Source of the DNA: Candidatus Magasanikbacteria bacterium RIFCSPHIGHO2_01_FULL_41_23
GTDB lineage: Bacteria; Patescibacteriota; Patescibacteriia; Magasanikbacterales; UBA922
Assembly (NCBI GenBank): GCA_001782805.1
Contig: MFPT01000002.1
Span: forward strand, 69,401-133,400
Direction of reading: 5' to 3'
Length of the DNA: 64,000 nucleotides
In this document: in pieces, positions 57,821-64,000 of the stretch
Layout of the letters: each line of letters opens with the position of its first letter
How positions within the stretch are numbered: the first letter of the stretch is position 1
Translations under genes and position numbers: made by a program
Notes under the pieces: model-generated
What the model was told of the DNA's origin: nothing
Seen by the model: only the letters and a program-made list of their open reading frames with translations
Databases searched by the model: none

Positions 57821-57889
57821 AAAAAATCACCCGACGCCAATTAAAATTCCAATTCATTGGAGTTTTAAGGAGGTTGCGGGTGGTTTTTT
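57821..57889 (+). repeat. hairpin family C copy
   Basis: AAAAAATCACCCG-ACG-CC..AAAATTCCAA..TTGGAGTTTT..GG-AGGTTG-CGGGTGGTTTTTT. Confidence 0.8.
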
Positions 57890-57989
57890 GACTTTATACT
57901 TTTTATTGTTATAATTAATGTATAGGAGGGAGTCAAAATTATTTTTTGTAACTCCTTTGACGGAGTTTTTATTTTTGATTAAAAAATTT

Positions 57990-58478
57990 ATGATACAAAA
58001 AGGAGGGAATAATTTTGCGTTTATTGATAGTCAAAATGTTTATCAAGGTACTAAAGAACTTGGTTGGCGTTTAGATTGGCATCGATTCAGGATATATTTA
58101 CGAGAAAAATATGAAGTCAGCCGAGCGTATTTATTTTTAGGTTATATTCCAAAAAATGAAAAAATGTATAAATGGCTGGAAAATGCCGACTTTGTTTTAT
58201 GTTTCAAAAAAGTAACTAATGTACACGGTGAAATAAAAGGAAATGTTGATGTTAATTTAACATTGAAGGCAATTCTGGAGAAAGATAATTATGACCAAGC
58301 AATTTTAGTAACGAGTGATGGAGATTTCTATCCGTTAGTTGAATATCTTACAAGCATTAATAAACTTTACACAATTCTGAGTCCTTGCGAAACAACTTGT
58401 TCAAAATTACTAAAAGAATCTGCGAAAAAAAGAATTTATTTTATGCAGAGATTAAAAGATAAAATTGGTCAAAAATGA
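57990..58478 (+). CDS. NYN (LabA/DUF88, PIN-like) domain protein
   Basis: AFIDSQN, KGNVDVNL, LVTSDGDFYPLV, S.LL; upstream TTGACT-16 nt-TATAAT promoter. Confidence 0.92.
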   Translation: MIQKGGNNFAFIDSQNVYQGTKELGWRLDWHRFRIYLREKYEVSRAYLFLGYIPKNEKMYKWLENADFVLCFKKVTNVHGEIKGNVDVNLTLKAILEKDNYDQAILVTSDGDFYPLVEYLTSINKLYTILSPCETTCSKLLKESAKKRIYFMQRLKDKIGQK

Positions 58479-58600
58479 AAAAGCACCTCTGTGGGAAAGA
58501 CCGCATAGAAGTGCCTTTTCGTCGTATGTGCCCCGGCAGGGGTAAGTGAGAGAGGACTGCTTAAAGACGAAACAATAAGAAGGACTCACTCGTAATATGT
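58477..58600 (-). ncRNA. putative two-unit structured RNA convergent with the NYN gene
   Basis: Two 53-nt hairpin units (58477-58529, 58548-58600) downstream of a minus-strand TTGACA-17 nt-TATTGT promoter (58635-58607); no ORF. Confidence 0.5.
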
Positions 58601-58659
58601 ATTTACACAATACAATAAAGAAAACTATTTGTCAAATTTAAAAAACACCAAAAAACTTA

Positions 58660-58688
58660 TTGACATCATCACCTAAAAAATATACGCT
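58660..58688 (+). promoter_or_regulatory. sigma70 promoter for ORFan
   Basis: TTGACA-17 nt-TACGCT, followed by GGAGGAG SD. Confidence 0.65.
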
Positions 58689-58710
58689 TAAATCAAACTG
58701 GGAGGAGTTT

Positions 58711-59040
58711 ATGTCACAAAGAAATCGAGGGGTGGAACTCAACTTCTGGGGAGATATGTCGTTTTCTGTTGGTGCGGAATGCACTGACATGAATCCGTTC
58801 CTGCAAGCCTTGGTTTTGGCGCAACATGGAATGACTTTGGAGGACATTAAACCGCCAAAGAAAAGCCCTGAAGAACGGATTGAGACTGTCTTCATTGAAG
58901 GTCTCACGGATGATGAGCTGAGGATCATCAAACAACTGTTCGATGAAGGTCGACATAATAACTTGACCGGACGCATGATTCTCTCTGCCTACCGCGCCGG
59001 ACGCAGGGACGAGAAGGAGGACAACAGACGTCGGTCATGA
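58711..59040 (+). CDS. hypothetical protein (GC-richer ORFan)
   Basis: Strong SD, own promoter, composition unlike flanks. Confidence 0.7.
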   Translation: MSQRNRGVELNFWGDMSFSVGAECTDMNPFLQALVLAQHGMTLEDIKPPKKSPEERIETVFIEGLTDDELRIIKQLFDEGRHNNLTGRMILSAYRAGRRDEKEDNRRRS

Positions 59041-59062
59041 AGATGACGCAAGGCTAAGGAGG

Positions 59063-59134
59063 AAAAAACCACCCGACGCCTGTTGAGATTCTAAATAATT
59101 AGAGTTTCAGCAGGAGGATAACGGGTGATTTTTT
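59063..59134 (+). repeat. hairpin family C copy (may also serve as a bidirectional terminator)
   Basis: AAAAAACCACCCG-ACG-CC..GAGATTCTAA..TTAGAGTTTC..GG-AGGATAA-CGGGTGATTTTTT. Confidence 0.8.
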
Positions 59135-59776
59135 TTATGGACGAAAACCGGTTTTGATTAAATTTTGAATAGGCAAAAATAATGGCTGTGGCAATTCATC
59201 CCAGGCAAACCAATTCCAACATTCCAATTTTTGCGGTTCCATATTTACCACTTCACCGGCATCATAATCTGCAACAACATAAATAGTAATATAGTGCTTA
59301 TCTTCAGTTTCAAATACATCATTGGTCGCGGTGATAAAACGAATATTTTTGATGGTAATACCGACTTCTTCCATAGTTTCTCGTTTCGCGCAGTCTTCGT
59401 ATGATTCACCAAATTCAAGATGTCCGCCTGGAAAACCCCATGTTCCGTTTCCGTGAGCATTTTTTCTTTGTCCAAGTAAAACTTTACTATCTTTTACGAT
59501 AATTACACCTAATCCGACTTTTGGTCTTTTTAGTTGTTGCTCTGTATTAATTTCTTCAATAAATAAAAATCGCGGCCGATTTCCCCATTCCCATTCCACA
59601 TTTTCCAAAAACACTTCAGCCGGACGGACCATAAATTTGCAATCCAGCGGAGTATCGTAAAGCGCTTCGTACAACACCATGCCTCCCCCATCCCAATCTT
59701 CGGAATTTTTGACGACTTTATGAACACGATACAAATTGCCTTTGTAATGACGATAGATTCCTGATTTTATTTCCAT
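59135..59776 (-). CDS. DUF1653-NUDIX hydrolase fusion
   Basis: GIYRHYKGNLY.V...VLYEALY...VRP...F N-terminus; FPGGHLEFGES...CAKRETMEEVG. Confidence 0.88.
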   Translation of the reverse strand: MEIKSGIYRHYKGNLYRVHKVVKNSEDWDGGGMVLYEALYDTPLDCKFMVRPAEVFLENVEWEWGNRPRFLFIEEINTEQQLKRPKVGLGVIIVKDSKVLLGQRKNAHGNGTWGFPGGHLEFGESYEDCAKRETMEEVGITIKNIRFITATNDVFETEDKHYITIYVVADYDAGEVVNMEPQKLECWNWFAWDELPQPLFLPIQNLIKTGFRP

Positions 59777-59806
59777 AACACAAAGTGAGTTTTTTTGATT
59801 TCAACT

Positions 59807-61183
59807 TTATTTTAATTTTCGCAAACTGCGTTGAAACGTAATCGCGAACCGATGCGCTTCATCGCGCACGCTAATCAGAAGTGCTTGATTTTGACTTACC
59901 CATTGTACAACAGCTCGTTCTTTATTGCCACTTGTTCCGAGCGGACTTGTGGTGAGCGAAGTTGAACCAGTCGAGGGAAAATAAAAATCATTACGTTTAC
60001 GCTCCGGACCTTTGGCAATGCCGACCACGGGAATGGCGATTTTTAATTCTTGCAAAATTTTCACCACGCGATTAACTTGTGGCGCGCCACCATCAATTAA
60101 AAAAATATTCGGATATGGCCATTCCGTATGATGCAGGCGCCGACGAATCACTTCATCCAAACAATCCACATCACTTTGGCCAACGACCGTGCGAATTTTA
60201 AATTTACGATATTGTGATTTGAGCGGTTCGCGAGAATTGAATACGACCATACTTCCCACTTTTCCGGTTGTGCCTAAATTGGAAATATCATAGCCTTCAA
60301 TACGAATATTTTTTGTTTCATTTTTTTGTTCCAAATCAAAAAAATTAAATGGCTTGTCCTGACTTGTACCGAGCGAAGTCGAGGTAGCCATGTCGAAGGA
60401 AAAAAAATCTTTGTTAATGAGCGCCACATCTTGAATTGCGTTAAGCGCGCGCAATTGATTACGCAAACGTCCCGCCTCTTCATATTCTTGCGAAGTGCTG
60501 GCCTGTTTCATAGCGCGTTCAAACGTCCGAATCACACTTTGTTTTTTTCCGTCTAAAAATAAAACCAACGGCCGAATTACTTTTTTATTATATTCACGTG
60601 CGCTGATTTCATTCGTGCAAACACCCAAACATTGACCGAGTTGATAATAAAAACATGGTTTGATCGCTTTTAATTTTTGGGTTTTGAATAATGAATTTTT
60701 CTGACAAGTGGAAAAATAAAACAAACGCCGCAAAATTTTCATTACTTCGCGTGTGTTTAATCCTGGATACGGACCAAATACTGCGCGAAATTCTTTTTTA
60801 TTTTGGTGCAATTCGTGCTGTCGTAATGTGCCGACTAGCGGATACGCGTCATTGCTAATCGTAATATAATTCCAGCTCTTATTATCTTTGCCCAGCACAT
60901 TATATTTAGGCTGAAATTTTTTAATGTAGACTGCTTCCAAAATCACTGCCTCCAAAACCGAATCAGTTGTTTTCCATTTGATATCCGCGATTTCATGAAG
61001 CATCTGTTCAATCGGACGAATTGTTTTTTTACCGATAAAATAACTGCGCACTCTATTTTTGAGCGATGTGGCTTTGCCCACATAAATCAATTCACCGTTT
61101 GCATGATAATACAGATAAATGCCAGCTAGGTCAGGAACAATTTTAATACAATCTAAAATTTTTCTGGAAATGGGAAAATTCAT
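59807..61183 (-). CDS. uvrC: excinuclease ABC subunit C (no C-terminal HhH)
   Basis: GIY...YVGKA.SLK.RV.SY, Cys cluster, UVR domain, IEGYDISN, LIDGG..Q, RDEAHRFA. Confidence 0.92.
   Translation of the reverse strand: MNFPISRKILDCIKIVPDLAGIYLYYHANGELIYVGKATSLKNRVRSYFIGKKTIRPIEQMLHEIADIKWKTTDSVLEAVILEAVYIKKFQPKYNVLGKDNKSWNYITISNDAYPLVGTLRQHELHQNKKEFRAVFGPYPGLNTREVMKILRRLFYFSTCQKNSLFKTQKLKAIKPCFYYQLGQCLGVCTNEISAREYNKKVIRPLVLFLDGKKQSVIRTFERAMKQASTSQEYEEAGRLRNQLRALNAIQDVALINKDFFSFDMATSTSLGTSQDKPFNFFDLEQKNETKNIRIEGYDISNLGTTGKVGSMVVFNSREPLKSQYRKFKIRTVVGQSDVDCLDEVIRRRLHHTEWPYPNIFLIDGGAPQVNRVVKILQELKIAIPVVGIAKGPERKRNDFYFPSTGSTSLTTSPLGTSGNKERAVVQWVSQNQALLISVRDEAHRFAITFQRSLRKLK
59931..59978 (-). repeat. 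two nested 24-nt micro-elements in uvrC (PSTGSTSLTTSPLGTS)
   Basis: TCCCTCGAC[TGGTTCAACTTCGCTCACCACAAG]TCCGCTCGGAACAAG. Confidence 0.88.
60353..60400 (-). repeat. two nested 24-nt micro-elements in uvrC (SFDMATSTSLGTSQDK)
   Basis: TCCTTCGACATGGC[TACCTCGACTTCGCTCGGTACAAG]TCAGGACAAG. Confidence 0.88.
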
Positions 61184-61418
61184 AAAATTGCAAAATTACC
61201 TCCATTCATCTCATCATTTAATATCATAAAAACTATCTTGTCAAAAAAAGCAACTTTTATTCCGAACAAATATTATCCACAGCCATAACTGGACATTAAC
61301 AAAATTACTGGTATATTTCTTATATATGAAGTTAACAAGCGCCAATCACAATTCTTATTTTGCATGGTATTGGATCCCCCATAACGCTTGGTGCGATTAG
61401 TTTTTTTATAAAAGTTTA

Positions 61419-61456
61419 AAAAAATCGTCCCGAGCATAGTCGAAGGACGATTTTTT
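61419..61456. repeat. hairpin whose loop is a micro-element core
   Basis: AAAAAATCGTCC-CGAGCATAGTCGAA-GGACGATTTTTT. Confidence 0.7.
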
Positions 61457-61539
61457 ATTGTAAAGAGAATTTTTTTAGTCTCAACAGCACAGGGTTGTCG
61501 GGACAAAAGATAGTTCTTTTGGAAAAGGAGTGGGAAAAG

Positions 61540-62067
61540 ATGAAAGGAATCACAGTTTCCTTGCCGGTTCAGATTGGAATCGGCCTCGGGATTGAATACT
61601 TCGGAATGGTCCCGGTTGAACCACAAGTTCAGCTGGACTCAATACGAGTTTATCCTGTTAGTGAGAATGGTGAGTCCGGACGGGTGACTCATTCCAACCG
61701 GATCGTGGTTGATCCGAATGATCAGAACTACGTTGCAGTGGTGAAGGCCATTCACAAGGTTCGTGATCGAAAGGATTTGAACTTCGGCCATGTGATCAAA
61801 GTCGCGTTGCCGAATCCAATCGGTTACTCGACCGGAGAGAAGATCATGTTCGTGGTCGTTCGTGAAGTAAGCTTTACGACCCGCGTCTGCCATGACATCA
61901 AGAACCGAGATGGTGTATCGGGCAAACATGCTGATGAAACCGTCCGGATGGCGATGCGACCGCGATCCAAATGCGCCAACTGGCACGCAATCGTGGATGC
62001 CTTGGCTAAAACGCTTCCGCAAGGAAACAAGACAGACAAAGGAGAAGCAGGCTATGCATCTCTCTGA
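61540..62067 (+). CDS. hypothetical protein (GC-richer ORFan)
   Basis: AAGGAG SD, composition shift relative to flanks. Confidence 0.7.
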   Translation: MKGITVSLPVQIGIGLGIEYFGMVPVEPQVQLDSIRVYPVSENGESGRVTHSNRIVVDPNDQNYVAVVKAIHKVRDRKDLNFGHVIKVALPNPIGYSTGEKIMFVVVREVSFTTRVCHDIKNRDGVSGKHADETVRMAMRPRSKCANWHAIVDALAKTLPQGNKTDKGEAGYASL

Positions 62068-62278
62068 AATTCTCCCGCCAGGTCTCCTCTCCGGAGACAA
62101 TAACAGTATCTTTCTGTCATGCCGGTGTCCTACCTGCAACAAAAAGCATCTGCCCGGCCAACTCAGGTTGATCGTCGCCGGAGCCCAACGCGGACTCATT
62201 GTCTGCGCGCATCACACTGATCCAGTCGCCGCGATCGAAATCGATCACGAGCTGCGCTGGTACATCGGTGTGATATGA
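62054..62278 (+). CDS. small Cys/His-rich hypothetical protein
   Basis: AAGGAG SD, CPTC...CAHH putative zinc site; overlaps upstream ORF. Confidence 0.6.
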   Translation: MHLSEILPPGLLSGDNNSIFLSCRCPTCNKKHLPGQLRLIVAGAQRGLIVCAHHTDPVAAIEIDHELRWYIGVI

Positions 62279-62354
62279 CGGTTTGGTGTTTCCCGTTCAA
62301 AACACCAGTTCCAACGCGCACCGATATGTTATGGATGCGCTGAGAATTAAAAAT

Positions 62355-63602
62355 ATGAATTTATTTTTTAAAACAAGTTATGACGCTAACCACGCTGGTT
62401 ATTTTGGTGAATTTGGCGCCAGCTTTGTACCTGAGTTATTATCTCCTGCCCTAAAAAAATTAACAATTGAATATGAAAAAATAAAAATCGATCCTATTTT
62501 TAAAAAAGAATTAATGGATTTATACCAAAACTATTCCGGCCGTCCCACACCATTATATTTCGCGGAAAATTTAAGCAAAGAATTGGGCGGCGCGAAAATT
62601 TATTTAAAAAATGAAGGATTAAATCACACGGGCGCACATAAAATAAATCATTGTTTGGGTCAAGCCTTGCTGGCCAAACGAATGGGTAAAACCAGATTGA
62701 TTGCTGAAACCGGCGCCGGCCAACACGGGCTGGCGACAGCAACCGTAGCCGCGAAATTTGGTTTTAAATGCACGGTTTATATGGGCGCTGTTGACGTCGA
62801 ACGTCAGAGGCCAAATGTACTGTGGATGGAACAATTAGGTGCGGAAGTAATTCCGGTTGAGTATGGGAGCCAACGACTCAAAGACGCGGTCATGGCAGCA
62901 CTTCAAGACTGGATCACGCATGTGGATGACAGTTATTATTTGCTTGGTTCAGTGCTCGGGCCGCATCCATATCCATCAATGGTACGCGATTTTCAAAGTA
63001 TTGTTGGTTTGGAAGTGAAAGAACAAATTCAAAAAAAAGAAGGCCGTTTGCCGGATTATCTAATTGCCTGTGTTGGTGGTGGCAGTAACGCGATTGGTTT
63101 GTTTAATGCCTTTTTAGATGATAAAAATGTTCAAATGATCGGCGTTGAAGCCGGAGGAAAAGGAATTGAAAAAATCGGCGAACACGCTGCGCGTTTGCAA
63201 GGAACACAGCGAAAAGGCGTAGTGGAGGGATTCAAATCATTTTTTCTGACTGATGCTGATGGGCAAGTCCAACCAACACACAGTATTTCCGCAGGATTGG
63301 ATTACGCGGGTATCGGTCCCCAACATGCGCATTTATTTGACCAAAAACGCGTGATATACCACTACGCCACTGACGGCGAGGTAGTTTCCGCGTTTCAAAA
63401 ATTGACCAAAACTGAAGGTATTTTCCCCGCACTGGAATCAGCGCACGCAGTTGCGGAAGCGATCAAGTTGGCGCCAACATTATCAAAAGATAAAATAATT
63501 GTCGTAAATATTTCCGGACGCGGCGACAAAGATATTTTTACGATTGGAAAAATAATGGGTGATGAAAAATGGAAAACATATTTACGAACCATTTCAGAAT
63601 AA
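62355..63602 (+). CDS. trpB: tryptophan synthase beta chain
   Basis: [48 protein letters not shown]. Confidence 0.98.
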   Translation: MNLFFKTSYDANHAGYFGEFGASFVPELLSPALKKLTIEYEKIKIDPIFKKELMDLYQNYSGRPTPLYFAENLSKELGGAKIYLKNEGLNHTGAHKINHCLGQALLAKRMGKTRLIAETGAGQHGLATATVAAKFGFKCTVYMGAVDVERQRPNVLWMEQLGAEVIPVEYGSQRLKDAVMAALQDWITHVDDSYYLLGSVLGPHPYPSMVRDFQSIVGLEVKEQIQKKEGRLPDYLIACVGGGSNAIGLFNAFLDDKNVQMIGVEAGGKGIEKIGEHAARLQGTQRKGVVEGFKSFFLTDADGQVQPTHSISAGLDYAGIGPQHAHLFDQKRVIYHYATDGEVVSAFQKLTKTEGIFPALESAHAVAEAIKLAPTLSKDKIIVVNISGRGDKDIFTIGKIMGDEKWKTYLRTISE

Positions 63603-63606
63603 CCAT

Positions 63607-64000
63607 ATGCAAAAATTGAAATTGATGACGCATGCCGTGATTGGATACCCGACACTGGCAAAAACTCGCGAGCTTATAAAAGTTATGGCCGCGAGCGATG
63701 TTGATTACATTGAATTACAAATCCCTTTTTCCGATCCATTGGGAGATGGTCCAGTCATTCGGCGCGCAAACACCGTGGCTCTGCAACAAAAAACCAGAGT
63801 TGAAGATGCCTTTATTTTGGTCACGCAATTACGAACAGAGGATAAAATTGCGACTCCATTTTTTTTCATGACATACTTTAATATAATTTTTTCATATGAT
63901 CCTGAAAAATTTTGCGCGCGTGCAGCGAGTTGTGGCGTCCAAGGCTTGATTGTCCCGGATTATAATCCTGATTTAGATACACGGGAAAAATTACAAAGCA
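63607..64000 (+). CDS. trpA: tryptophan synthase alpha chain, 5' part
   Basis: Hand translation MQKLKLMTHAVIGYP...IELQIPFSDPLGDGPVI...MTYFN...GLIVPD. Confidence 0.93.
   Translation, partial: MQKLKLMTHAVIGYPTLAKTRELIKVMAASDVDYIELQIPFSDPLGDGPVIRRANTVALQQKTRVEDAFILVTQLRTEDKIATPFFFMTYFNIIFSYDPEKFCARAASCGVQGLIVPDYNPDLDTREKLQS

Noticed and set aside
58555-58585. Hammerhead ribozyme (GACGAAAC)
   Set aside because: No CTGANGA core upstream.
57780-61281. Replication origin
   Set aside because: Only two isolated DnaA boxes 3.5 kb apart; no cluster and no dnaA/dnaN nearby.

Overview
This 64-kb window looks like chromosomal DNA from an AT-rich, gene-dense bacterium. A CPR/Patescibacteria origin is inferred from rare SD sequences, a membrane-anchored Clp ATPase, Elp3 and many GT2/GT-C genes. 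It holds housekeeping genes (Mur ligase, glyA, tsaE, pyrG, era, ribH/ribE/riboflavin kinase, ctpA, murA, intein-bearing dnaB, ybaB-recR, rplU, mraZ-rsmH-ftsL, uvrC, trpBA), a dTDP-sugar/glycosyltransferase cluster, a hicBA pair, an ECF sigma module and several ORFans. I saw no rRNA, tRNA, CRISPR array, integrase or transposase. The most striking signals are mostly non-coding. (1) A 24-nt palindromic micro-element inserts in frame into proteins and nests inside itself up to three deep. (2) A dispersed ~160-200-bp structured element with a 113-nt hairpin, covarying arms and a conserved 57-nt core sits upstream of four unrelated genes in the same orientation. (3) A second covarying hairpin family is associated with GC-rich ORFans and brackets an NYN RNase. 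(4) That NYN gene faces a promoter-driven, two-unit structured RNA. (5) Two poly-G tracts look like phase-variation switches. Among the coding genes, an Elp3 and a Trm9-like methyltransferase lie head to head, suggesting eukaryote-like mcm5U34 tRNA modification. All calls are by eye and no searches were run.
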